Assembly: GCA_963711565.1 (NCBI GenBank)
Contig: CAVQEQ010000001.1
Location: forward strand, 896,001 to 960,000
Source of the DNA: an uncultured delta proteobacterium
GTDB taxonomy: Bacteria > Desulfobacterota > Binatia > Binatales > Binataceae
Direction of reading: 5' to 3'
Length of the DNA: 64,000 nucleotides
In this document: piece after piece, positions 8,711-18,901 of the stretch
How the letters are laid out: every line of letters starts with the position of its first letter
How positions within the stretch are numbered: the first letter of the stretch is position 1
Notes under the pieces: generated by a model
Told to the model about the DNA's origin: nothing
Database searches by the model: none
The model's input: the letters and a program-made list of their open reading frames with translations, nothing else
Made by a program: the position numbers and the translations under genes

Positions 8711-10624
8711 TTAGGTTGACGACCCGGCCGCAAGCTGATCGCTGTCGATATTTATCTTCGCCTGATCTTTCAGTGAATCGAGAAAGTGCGTCCACGCCTG
8801 CGCGCGGCGCTGCTCGATATATTCCTGCATGAACGCTTTCTGCGCGCTTTTCCATTCGTCGTCGGTCGGCTCGGCGCGCGAGGTAACTTCGAACAGGTAC
8901 GCGTTGCCGCCGTTCTCCATCACGTGATCGATGACTCCGGGAATCACCGGCACGTCCGCGGCCGCGTCGGTCACCTCGGGAAATTCGCCGATACCGGGGA
9001 CAGTGCGGTCGGCGCGCACGAACGGATCGACATTTTTAACTGCGAGATTGTTCGCCGCCGCCGCTTTGTCGAGGTCTGCGGGATTCTTGATCGTGGCGAG
9101 GATCTTCTGCGCCTGCGCGCTCGCATCCGCCTGCGCGGTCGTGCGGATTACCGCGTCGCGCACCTGCGCTTCGATTTCCTTCAGCGGCGGAATTCGCGAC
9201 GGCTGCCGCACCAGCAGCTTGATCACGTAAGGCGCGCCCTTCTCCGGCACCAGCGCAACCTGGCCCGCGTCGAGCTTGAACGCCGCCTCCATCAGTTGCT
9301 GGTCCTGCTCGAGTCCGCCGGCCGGCTCGCCCTGCGCAAACAAAGGCGTCTCGATAACGTCGATTCCGCGCTTCTTCGCAAGGTCCTCGAGCTTGTCGCC
9401 CGAGAGCGCCGCCTCGAGGTCCTCCTGCGCCGCCGATCGCCCGAGCTTCGCGCCGGCCTGCGTGCGCATTTCGTCGATTATCTTCGGCTTCGCCTCGGCG
9501 AGCGTGTCGATATGCGCCGGCGTCGAAGCCTCGAGCTTGACGACATGAAAGCCGAACTGCGTCTCGACCAGCGCGATCTGTCCCGGCTTCATCGCAAACA
9601 CCGCGTCCTCGAACGGCTTGACCATCTGCCCGCGGCCGAAGGAGCCGAGGTCGCCGCCCTGCAGCTTGTTCGACGTGTCATCGGAATACTTCGCCGCCAG
9701 CTTTACGAAATCGCCTCCCGCTTGCGCCTGCTTGAGCACGTTGAGCGCCTTGGTTTTCGCCGCGGCCTTCTCCTTGGCGGTCGCGCCCGCGGGCACCGCG
9801 ATCAGGATGTGCGCCGCGTGAACCTCGTCGGGATGCGTGAAGCGCTCCTTGGCGTTGTTCTTGTAGTAGGCCTCGACTTCCTTGTCGGGCGGCGTGTACT
9901 TGGCGGCCAGCACGAGCGGATCGTAATGGATGTAGGCCAGCTTGATCCGCGCGGGTTCGCGGAATTGCTCGGAGTTCTTTTTGTAGTAATCGGAAATCTG
10001 AGCTTCGCTCGGCGAAATCTTTCCGACGAAGTCGGTGGAGGCAAATTCGACGTAGCGCAGTCCGATCTTTTCGTTGGCAAGATTGTAGTCGTGACGCGCC
10101 TCGTCGTCGCTCACCTGCACGCCCGAGTCGATCATGTTGCGCAGAGTGTCCGCGATCATGCGGTCGCGTTCCTCGCCTTCATATTCAGCCGGCAGCAGAT
10201 TGTTGTCGCGCAGCACCTCCTGGTACGTATCGAAGTCGAACTGTCCGTCGCGCTGAAAAACCGGCTCCTTGGCGATTTTATCCTGCAGCGCTTCGTCGCT
10301 GATGCTGATGCCGAGATGGCGCGCCTCGTCGCCGATCAGTTGTTCCTCGATCAGCCGCTCGACTGCTTCCTGCCGAACATTGATGCTCTTGAGCACTTCC
10401 TGCGCGTTGGCGCCGTATACCTGCTGCAAGGTTGCGCGCAGTTGCGTCGCCTCGCGATCGACTTGATCGCCAAGTATCTGCTGGCCATTGACGGTCGCAA
10501 TCGGATGGACGGTGTTGAACAGTCCCCCGCCCCCGAAACCCCAAAAGGCCATGGTAAGAGCGAGGAAGGCGAACGTGGCCTGCACCTGCCACGAGTATTG
10601 ATAACGGCGAATTCCTTCTAACAT
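8711..10624 (-). CDS. PpiD/SurA-N family peptidyl-prolyl isomerase
   Basis: N-terminal TM anchor, SurA_N domain, rotamase motifs HAAHILI...GGDLGSFGRGQMVKPFEDAVF...ETQFGFHVVK. Confidence 0.9.
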   Translation of the reverse strand: MLEGIRRYQYSWQVQATFAFLALTMAFWGFGGGGLFNTVHPIATVNGQQILGDQVDREATQLRATLQQVYGANAQEVLKSINVRQEAVERLIEEQLIGDEARHLGISISDEALQDKIAKEPVFQRDGQFDFDTYQEVLRDNNLLPAEYEGEERDRMIADTLRNMIDSGVQVSDDEARHDYNLANEKIGLRYVEFASTDFVGKISPSEAQISDYYKKNSEQFREPARIKLAYIHYDPLVLAAKYTPPDKEVEAYYKNNAKERFTHPDEVHAAHILIAVPAGATAKEKAAAKTKALNVLKQAQAGGDFVKLAAKYSDDTSNKLQGGDLGSFGRGQMVKPFEDAVFAMKPGQIALVETQFGFHVVKLEASTPAHIDTLAEAKPKIIDEMRTQAGAKLGRSAAQEDLEAALSGDKLEDLAKKRGIDVIETPLFAQGEPAGGLEQDQQLMEAAFKLDAGQVALVPEKGAPYVIKLLVRQPSRIPPLKEIEAQVRDAVIRTTAQADASAQAQKILATIKNPADLDKAAAANNLAVKNVDPFVRADRTVPGIGEFPEVTDAAADVPVIPGVIDHVMENGGNAYLFEVTSRAEPTDDEWKSAQKAFMQEYIEQRRAQAWTHFLDSLKDQAKINIDSDQLAAGSST

Positions 10625-10810
10625 TGAAACGCAATCATACTTTACTGCCTTTTCGGTAAGCAATTGACCGTGGTTGCTTGCTTGCGCCGCCGGTCCTCTG
10701 TTAGCTTGTCCCGCAGCGGCAATCTGACGGACCCAAACGTCTCCGCCAACGAATTCTTCAACATTTGGGCCGCGTCTCGGGTGGTATTCGGGCTGGGGCT
10801 TGGTGCCTGA

Positions 10811-11875
<1,065 letters not shown>

Positions 11876-11883
11876 AGACGATT

Positions 11884-12034
11884 TGCCATCCAGACGAAGC
11901 GGGCAACGCGACTTTCTTGTGTCATCCTGACAAAGCGAGCAACGCGAGCGGCAGGACATGGCTTCTGGCTTCCGGACAGCGGCGCGCAAGCGCCGCCGGT
12001 TCCGGTCTCCCAATTCGCGCGTCGCGCGCGCTCC
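11884..12034 (+). repeat. Structured REP-like dispersed repeat (partial plus full copy)
   Basis: TGTCATCCTGACAAAGCGAGCAACGCGAGCGGCAGGA...CGGACAGC-hairpin-CGGTTCCGGT; homologous to 37808-37906. Confidence 0.8.
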
Positions 12035-12049
12035 ACTTGAGATGAACGG

Positions 12050-12898
12050 ATGAGAGGCACCTTTCTCTGGCGCAACCGCGTGCTGCTGACCGGCGGCGTG
12101 CTGCTGATTCTCTCGCTTCATCTGATCTCGACCGGCGTCCATCCCGGTGATCTCGCCGCGCGTCCGGAGTCCGCCTTCCTGGAAATCATCAGCCCCGTCG
12201 CCGCCGCCTTCACTCATCTGAGCGACGGCGCCTCGTCGATCGAGCGCGACTATCTCGACCTGGTCCACGTCCGCGATGAAAACGCGCAGTTGCGGATCGA
12301 ACTCGCGCGGGTCAAGAGCGATCAGGCGCGATTGGCCGAGCTCGAAGTCGAAAATCAGCACCTCGGCGAACTGCTCGAGCTCAGGGACGCGCTCGGCACC
12401 AACGCGGTCGCCGCCAACGTGATCGGCAGCGACGCCACCGGTCTTTCGCGCACTCTCGTTCTCAGTTCGGGCACCGACAACGGACTTCGCCCAGGGATGG
12501 CCGTGCTCGCCAACCAGGGCGTCGTCGGCAAGATCATCGCCGTCAGCCCCAACGCCTCGCGCGTGCTGCTGATCGACGATCACAACTCCGCGCTCGACGG
12601 TTTCGATCAGCGCACGCGTGCGCGTGGAATCGTAGCCGGGATGGTCGATGACGGATTGATCTTGAAGTACGCCGATCGCTCGCAGGACATCCGCGCCGGC
12701 GACACGATCGTGACCTCGGGCCTCGACGGCATTTTCCCGCGCGGCCTGCTGGTCGGCTCGATCCTGAGCGTGCACCGCGAAGGGCCGGGACTTTTTCTTG
12801 GCGTAAAGATCGCGCCCGCGGTCGATTTTCGCCAACTCGAGCAGGTGCTGATACTGACTCAGCCGCCGCCCCATCTCGAAGATTCGGACAAGGACTGA
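12050..12898 (+). CDS. mreC: Rod shape-determining protein MreC
   Basis: TM, coiled coil, GDTIVTSGLDGIFPRGL; position after mreB. Confidence 0.93.
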   Translation: MRGTFLWRNRVLLTGGVLLILSLHLISTGVHPGDLAARPESAFLEIISPVAAAFTHLSDGASSIERDYLDLVHVRDENAQLRIELARVKSDQARLAELEVENQHLGELLELRDALGTNAVAANVIGSDATGLSRTLVLSSGTDNGLRPGMAVLANQGVVGKIIAVSPNASRVLLIDDHNSALDGFDQRTRARGIVAGMVDDGLILKYADRSQDIRAGDTIVTSGLDGIFPRGLLVGSILSVHREGPGLFLGVKIAPAVDFRQLEQVLILTQPPPHLEDSDKD

Positions 12899-12903
12899 CG
12901 CGG

Positions 12904-13428
12904 TTGCGCCTCATCCTGCTGTTCGCGGTTTTCGTCGTGGTGGGATTGGCATTCGAGTCCGCGGGCGCGCGCATCGTTACCTTCCGCTCGCTGATTCCCA
13001 ACCTGATCATCATACTCGCCGTCGATCTCGGCCTGCGCCATCACGGCGTGATGCCCGCAATCCTGGCATTCGCGATGGGCTATGCGACCGACGCGCTCGC
13101 CGGTTCGCATCCGGGCCTCAACGCCTTCATGACGACGATGGTCTTCCTCGTGAGCTACGAGATTTCAACGCGCCTGATGGTGGCGAACGCATTCGTCGGC
13201 GCGACGGTGGTCTTCTTCGGCGTGATCGCGACGGCACTCGGCACCATCGCAATCGCCAACGGCTTCAACGCCCTCTCCGACACCGGTCCCCTGATGCCCG
13301 CCCTGACCCTTCAAGCCTTCATCACCGCCCTAATCGCCCCCTTCATCTTCTCGATGCTGGCCCTGAGCAAACGTCTGACAGGATTGCCTGACGGATCAGG
13401 CCGAGACGCCCGAGGACGCGACCGGTGA
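12904..13428 (+). CDS. mreD: Rod shape-determining protein MreD
   Basis: Hydrophobic, PNL motif, GYATDALAG; between mreC and mrdA. Confidence 0.85.
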   Translation: MRLILLFAVFVVVGLAFESAGARIVTFRSLIPNLIIILAVDLGLRHHGVMPAILAFAMGYATDALAGSHPGLNAFMTTMVFLVSYEISTRLMVANAFVGATVVFFGVIATALGTIAIANGFNALSDTGPLMPALTLQAFITALIAPFIFSMLALSKRLTGLPDGSGRDARGRDR

Positions 13429-13521
13429 TCGCGATGAACTTCGACTCACGGCAAGCATCGAGACAGGATTGCCTGCGAGCGAGGCGCGCGGATACATTGT
13501 AGAGTCAGTCGGGAACCATCA

Positions 13522-15405
13522 GTGGCGAAGTTCCACATCCCCAGAAGCAATAATCGGCCGGTGCCGCTGCTGGAACCGCGCATCGTGACGTTGACCGTCC
13601 TGATGTTCGCGATTCTCGGCGTCGTCTCCGTCCGCTTGTATTACCTGCAGGTGCTGCATCATAAGGAAAATGTCGAGCTGGCCGATCGCAACCGCATTCG
13701 CCTCCAGCGCGTGCCGGCCCCGCGCGGATTGGTCTTCGATCGCAATCACCGTCCGCTGGTCGATACGCGTCCCTCGTTCGACGCGCAAATCGTGCCCGAG
13801 GATTCCGACAATCTTTCGCTGACGATTGAACGGCTCGAGCGCTACACCGGCGCCGATCAGATTGCGGACAAAATCTCCGACGCCGATGAGGCCGGCCGTC
13901 CACCGTACGAACCAATCACCGTCGCCGAGCGTCTAGGATGGCGGCAGGTGGTCGCGCTCGAGACTCATCAGCTCGAGCTGCCCGGCGTCAGTCTGCAAAT
14001 CACCCCCGCGCGTCATTACCTGTACGGCCAGCTCGCCGCCCATCTGCTCGGCTACGTAGGCGAGGTGACGGTGGCCGATCTCAAGGCGCATGCGGACTAT
14101 CACATGGGCGACGAGATCGGAAAATTCGGCCTCGAGCGCGTGTGGGAAAGTTTCCTGCGCGGCGACGCCGGCGGACAGGAGATCGAAGTTGACGCCGTCG
14201 GGCGGCGCCTCCGTGTGCTCAAGGAAATCGCCGACACGCCCGGCGAAAGCCTCGTCATGACGATCGACCTGAATCTGCAGCAGGCGGCGGAGGACGCGAT
14301 GGCCGGGAAGAACGGCGCTTTCGTGGCGCTCGATCCGCGCAACGGCGACGTGCTCGCGATGGTTTCGCATCCGGCTTTCGACCCCGACATCTTCGGCGGC
14401 GGCGTGAAGGCGTCGGCATGGAAAGAACTGACCACCGACCCGAACCATCCACTTGAAAATCGCGTCATCCAGGGAATTTATCCGCCCGGCTCGACTTTCA
14501 AAATCGTCGATTCGATCGCCGGACTGCAGGAAGGCACGCTGAAGCCTGAAACCGAATACACCTGCCCCGGCGGCCTGTGGTTCGGCGGGCGCGAGTATCA
14601 CTGCTGGCGCAAGCAGGGTCATGGCACTATCGATCTGCACGAAGCGATCGTGCGCTCGTGCGACGTGTATTTTTACAACGTCGGCGAAAAACTCGGCGTC
14701 GATCGGATCGCGAAATGGTCCAATCAGCTGGGACTCGGCCTCAAGACCGGCATCGATCTCGATCACGAGAATCCCGGCACCATCCCGTCGTCGGCATGGA
14801 AGCAGAAGCGTTACCACGAGCGATGGTATCCCGCGGAGACGCTCTCGGTCGCCATCGGCCAGGGTTACGTCGCAACCACGCCGCTCCAGATGGCGCAGGT
14901 CGCCGCCGAGGTAGCGAACGGCGGCATCCGCTACAAGCCGCAATTCGTCAAATACGTCGAAGGACTCGACGGCAATATCGCCAAGACGTATCCGCCGGTG
15001 ATCGAGAACCGGATCGCGATCGATCCCGACGCGCTCGAAGACGTCAAGGACGCGATGGCTGACGTCGTCAACGGCGCCGGCGGCACCGCGCACAAGGCCC
15101 ATCTCGACAACGTCATCGTATGCGGCAAGACCGGCACGGCGCAGGTCGTCGGCGACAAGGGTGGTGGAGGCGGGGACGACGAGGAGGAAAAGAATACGCC
15201 CGAGAACCTCAAGGACCATGCGTGGTTCATCGCGTTCGCGCCCAAGGATCATCCGACTATCGCCGCCGCCTGCATCATCGAGCACGGCGGTCATGGCGGC
15301 AGCGCGTCGGCGCCCGTGATTCACAACGTCTTCCAGCGTTACTTCCAGCTCAATCCGCCGCCGCCGCAACCCGCAATCGCGCGCGTGCTCGACAGCTCGC
15401 CATGA
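13522..15405 (+). CDS. mrdA: Penicillin-binding protein 2
   Basis: PGSTFK (SxxK), SCD, KTGT motifs; mre operon. Confidence 0.95.
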   Translation: MAKFHIPRSNNRPVPLLEPRIVTLTVLMFAILGVVSVRLYYLQVLHHKENVELADRNRIRLQRVPAPRGLVFDRNHRPLVDTRPSFDAQIVPEDSDNLSLTIERLERYTGADQIADKISDADEAGRPPYEPITVAERLGWRQVVALETHQLELPGVSLQITPARHYLYGQLAAHLLGYVGEVTVADLKAHADYHMGDEIGKFGLERVWESFLRGDAGGQEIEVDAVGRRLRVLKEIADTPGESLVMTIDLNLQQAAEDAMAGKNGAFVALDPRNGDVLAMVSHPAFDPDIFGGGVKASAWKELTTDPNHPLENRVIQGIYPPGSTFKIVDSIAGLQEGTLKPETEYTCPGGLWFGGREYHCWRKQGHGTIDLHEAIVRSCDVYFYNVGEKLGVDRIAKWSNQLGLGLKTGIDLDHENPGTIPSSAWKQKRYHERWYPAETLSVAIGQGYVATTPLQMAQVAAEVANGGIRYKPQFVKYVEGLDGNIAKTYPPVIENRIAIDPDALEDVKDAMADVVNGAGGTAHKAHLDNVIVCGKTGTAQVVGDKGGGGGDDEEEKNTPENLKDHAWFIAFAPKDHPTIAAACIIEHGGHGGSASAPVIHNVFQRYFQLNPPPPQPAIARVLDSSP

Positions 15406-15421
15406 CAGGAGTGCGGCCCTG

Positions 15422-16525
15422 ATGGCGGCCGGCGATCGCAGGTACATACTTCATTTCGACTGGACCTTGTTCATCCTGGTCCTCGCGCTGGCGGGAATCG
15501 GGCTGATCAGCGTCATCAGCGCGTCGTACGGCGGCCATAAGATCATCGACCCGCTGGTGATTCATCAGTTCATTTGGATCGCAGTCGGAACCGCCGCGTT
15601 GCTCGTCGCCGTGCTCGTTGACTATCGCGCGCTGCAGTCCTACGCCTACCCGTTTTACGTGCTCGTGATCGGACTGCTGATTGCCGTGATGGTTGCAGGT
15701 CATGCCACCGGCGGCTCGCGTCGATGGATCAACCTCGGCGTTTTTCATCTCGAGCCTTCCGAGCTCGCGAAGCTCGCCGTCGTGCTCGTGATGGTGCGTT
15801 ATCTGCGCGAGGAGCCGCCGAAAGGTGGATGGGGCCTGCGCCATCTGATCATTCCGTTCATCCTGCTTGGCATCCCCGCCGCGCTCGTGCTCAAACAGCC
15901 GGACCTCGGCACAGGACTGGTCCTCGTGCTGATCACGATTACGCTGGTGTTCGTCGCAGGTCTGAACTGGCGCACGATGCTGGTGCTCGCGATGGCCGGG
16001 ATGCTCGCGGCTCCCCTGAGTTGGCATTATCTCAAACCGTATCAGCGCCAGCGCCTGGTCAGCTTCATCAATCCGCAGGCCGACCCGCTCGGCTCCGGCT
16101 ATCACATCATCCAGTCTGAAATCGCAATCGGCGCCGGCGGCCCGACGGGCAAGGGATTTCTGAACGGCACGCAGGCGCGGCTGAATTTTCTGCCCGAGCA
16201 GAGCACCGATTTTATCTTCGCGGTCTTCGCTGAGGAGTTCGGCCTGGCAGGGGCGCTGCTCTTGCTGGGATTGTATGCGAGCGTGATTGCGCGCGGCGCA
16301 TATATTGCGCGCCACGCGCGCGACCGCTTCGGCGCGTTGCTTGCGATCGGACTGACGGCGATCGTCTTCTGGCAGGTCGCGGTCAACATCGGAATGGCGA
16401 CCGGGATGCTGCCGGTGGTGGGAATCACGCTGCCGCTGGTAAGTTACGGCGGCTCGTCGCTGATCGCGATGATGGCGGCGATGGGCATTCTGATCAGCAT
16501 CAACACCCGCCGCTACCTGTTCTGA
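15422..16525 (+). CDS. rodA: SEDS peptidoglycan polymerase RodA
   Basis: RRWI, EPSELAK, QPDLGT, TDFIFA, LPLVSYGGSS. Confidence 0.95.
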   Translation: MAAGDRRYILHFDWTLFILVLALAGIGLISVISASYGGHKIIDPLVIHQFIWIAVGTAALLVAVLVDYRALQSYAYPFYVLVIGLLIAVMVAGHATGGSRRWINLGVFHLEPSELAKLAVVLVMVRYLREEPPKGGWGLRHLIIPFILLGIPAALVLKQPDLGTGLVLVLITITLVFVAGLNWRTMLVLAMAGMLAAPLSWHYLKPYQRQRLVSFINPQADPLGSGYHIIQSEIAIGAGGPTGKGFLNGTQARLNFLPEQSTDFIFAVFAEEFGLAGALLLLGLYASVIARGAYIARHARDRFGALLAIGLTAIVFWQVAVNIGMATGMLPVVGITLPLVSYGGSSLIAMMAAMGILISINTRRYLF

Positions 16526-16547
16526 TTTTCTCGACGAGGTAACGCAG

Positions 16548-16796
16548 ATGGCGCGCAAGAAAAAGTTCACCGATCCTATAGACATCGAAATCGTCGAGGT
16601 CCATGCCCGGTTCGTCGAGGTGATGGAAAACGTCAGGCTCGAAACGATCAGCCCCGAGATGAAGCTGGGCTATTTGACGATCATGAAAACGCTGACGGAA
16701 AAGCTCGCGATGCCGAGCAAGCCGCTGCACGAAATCATGGGCGAGATCATGGCCAACGCCGGCCCGATGATCTTCCAGGCGATGCAGAAGCGCTAG
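16548..16796 (+). CDS. Small hypothetical protein
   Basis: GAGG RBS, native codon usage, 82 aa. Confidence 0.7.
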   Translation: MARKKKFTDPIDIEIVEVHARFVEVMENVRLETISPEMKLGYLTIMKTLTEKLAMPSKPLHEIMGEIMANAGPMIFQAMQKR

Positions 16797-16834
16797 CGAA
16801 AAAGAGGCGGCTCTGAATGAACCACCTTTTTCGT
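16794..16834 (+). terminator. Degenerate intrinsic terminator; left copy of a direct repeat with 23132-23172
   Basis: AAAAAGAGGCGGCTCTGAATGAACCACCTTTTT. Confidence 0.6.
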
Positions 16835-16917
16835 GCCCAATGCCTCACCCCCGATACCAGCTCGAACCGTGGATTTGCAAACACATGGTGTCAGTGCAAA
16901 CTTGATTCAGGATTCAA

Positions 16918-18036
16918 ATGAAAGTCCCAGATCAGGGTACAATGGCCTTCGCTTCGAACGACGGACGTGCCGGTAGAATTATCTCGACTTCGTATCGTCA
17001 CGCGTTCACCGAGTACATTCGCGAGAACGCGCTCTCACCCCTCCTTTTCCACGGTGGTGCTCTCGCGGTTCTCAGGGAGCTTCCGGATCGCTCTGTGGAT
17101 TGCAGCATGACCTCCCCGCCCTATTGGGGCAAACGCGAATACGAGAATGGCGGTATTGGATTAGAGGGCGACTACCGCCACTTCGTTAAAAGCCTCGCTG
17201 CAATCTTCTTCGAATTGAAACGTGTGCTCAAAGATGAAGGCTCGTTCTGGCTGAATATAGGAGACACCTACGAGAACAAGGGACTTGTCGGTGTGCCCTG
17301 GCGCGTAGCCTTCGAGCTTACCGACCATCAAGGGTGGACACTCCGGAACAGCGTTGTCTGGAACAAAGTCAAAAGTGGAATGGATAACACCAAGGATCGA
17401 TTGGGCAATGTCCACGAGCTTATTTTTCACTTCGTCAAACAGACAAAAGGTTATTACTACGACGCGGACGCCATACGCTCGAAGCCGCGTGAAGCGAGAG
17501 TTGTCAATGGCTCGGTGATTTCTGCGACTGGCGTTTCAGGCGTCCGCTATAAGCGCCAGATCGAGTTGTCCACGGACCTCACTGCAAAACAGAAAACGGA
17601 CGCCTTCAGAGAACTTGACCGCACACTTGCAGATGTTGGTTCGGGCAGGATTTCGGATTTCAGAATGATCATTCGCGCCCAACAACGAGCTACGCATTCA
17701 GACAGTGAGAAAGTTTCCGGTCGCGCGAGGGAACTTCGTGACAAAGGGTTCTATTTTCTCCGCTACCATCCGGGCGGCAGCAAGCCCGCCGATGTGTGGG
17801 ACATCATCCCGGAGGACACGCAAAAAAGAGAAGCTCACTTCGCTCCGTATCCTGTCAACCTCTGTCGAATCCCGATCCTTGCCACGTGCCCAAAAGGAGG
17901 GCTCATCCTCGATCCGTTCTGCGGAATCGGAACGACGTTGCTAGCCGCGCGCAACCTTGGCCGTAAATCCGTCGGAATCGACATTTCGAGTCAGTATCTC
18001 GAACTGGCCAAGGAAAGGTGTGCCGGGCTTCTATGA
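16918..18036 (+). CDS. Site-specific DNA methyltransferase, N4/N6 beta class (likely m4C)
   Basis: Motif IV TSPPYW precedes motif I LDPFCGIGTT; HFAPYP; lower GC. Confidence 0.92.
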   Translation: MKVPDQGTMAFASNDGRAGRIISTSYRHAFTEYIRENALSPLLFHGGALAVLRELPDRSVDCSMTSPPYWGKREYENGGIGLEGDYRHFVKSLAAIFFELKRVLKDEGSFWLNIGDTYENKGLVGVPWRVAFELTDHQGWTLRNSVVWNKVKSGMDNTKDRLGNVHELIFHFVKQTKGYYYDADAIRSKPREARVVNGSVISATGVSGVRYKRQIELSTDLTAKQKTDAFRELDRTLADVGSGRISDFRMIIRAQQRATHSDSEKVSGRARELRDKGFYFLRYHPGGSKPADVWDIIPEDTQKREAHFAPYPVNLCRIPILATCPKGGLILDPFCGIGTTLLAARNLGRKSVGIDISSQYLELAKERCAGLL

Positions 18037-18884
18037 GCAGAGTCGTTGAGTTGTTTGGGCACTCTTCGAGTAAGTCGCGTCAGAATTGGAAGACGATCAT
18101 CGGACAGCAGCAATGCCCTTTCCTTGGTAAGCGCTGTTACAAAGTCCGAAAGAGCGACTCGGGCACTTCCATCGGTTCGTGTACTGTTCTATATGGACGC
18201 CCGCCCGGTGCCATCATCATTTGCCCGACACGTCTAACCGAACGCCGGCAGATTTTCATAGACTGTCTCCACTTGCTCACGACCCATGAACCAGGCAACG
18301 AGCTGCACATTGTCTCCGAAGTTTCTGTCCCCGGCGGCAACGTCAACTATTTTCTCGTGTCCGCAAGGGAACGGCGCGTTAGGGATTTCGTCGGCATCGA
18401 GCTTCAGACTCTCGATACTACGGGCACGATCTGGCCGGAGCGACAACGGCTCTTAAAGGAACTAGGGGTTAGACGAGGCGACAAAGCCGAAAAATTGGAT
18501 AAAACCTACGGCATGAACTGGAAGATGACGGCGAAAACCACTCTTGTCCAGATGCACCACAAAATTCGGACCTTCGAACACGTGAACAAAAAACTGGTCC
18601 TCGTGACGCAAGATAAATTGCTGGAATACATGACGAAGGAGTTTAACTTCGGTCACTTGACCAATCCTCCCGCCGTTGGTGACTCCATGCACTTCCACGC
18701 CTACAGGATGGCCAAATTGACAGACCGGTCCTATAGGCTCACGCTCCAGTCGCGTCTAAGTACCGACGCTGCTGGAATCTCAAAGTGTCTTGGACTACAA
18801 GCCGAGGCGCGCATCGAACTCGAAGAAATCATCGAGGCTCTTCAAGCCAAGATTTCCGCGGCTACATTGTTTACCCCGATGTGA
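18033..18884 (+). CDS. NotI-family restriction endonuclease (possibly inactive)
   Basis: Fe-binding CPF..C.K...GSC...CP.R and IELQTLDTTG motifs; ATGA overlap with the MTase stop. Confidence 0.82.
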   Translation: MSRVVELFGHSSSKSRQNWKTIIGQQQCPFLGKRCYKVRKSDSGTSIGSCTVLYGRPPGAIIICPTRLTERRQIFIDCLHLLTTHEPGNELHIVSEVSVPGGNVNYFLVSARERRVRDFVGIELQTLDTTGTIWPERQRLLKELGVRRGDKAEKLDKTYGMNWKMTAKTTLVQMHHKIRTFEHVNKKLVLVTQDKLLEYMTKEFNFGHLTNPPAVGDSMHFHAYRMAKLTDRSYRLTLQSRLSTDAAGISKCLGLQAEARIELEEIIEALQAKISAATLFTPM

Positions 18885-18901
18885 TTGACCGAGGCTCCTG
18901 A

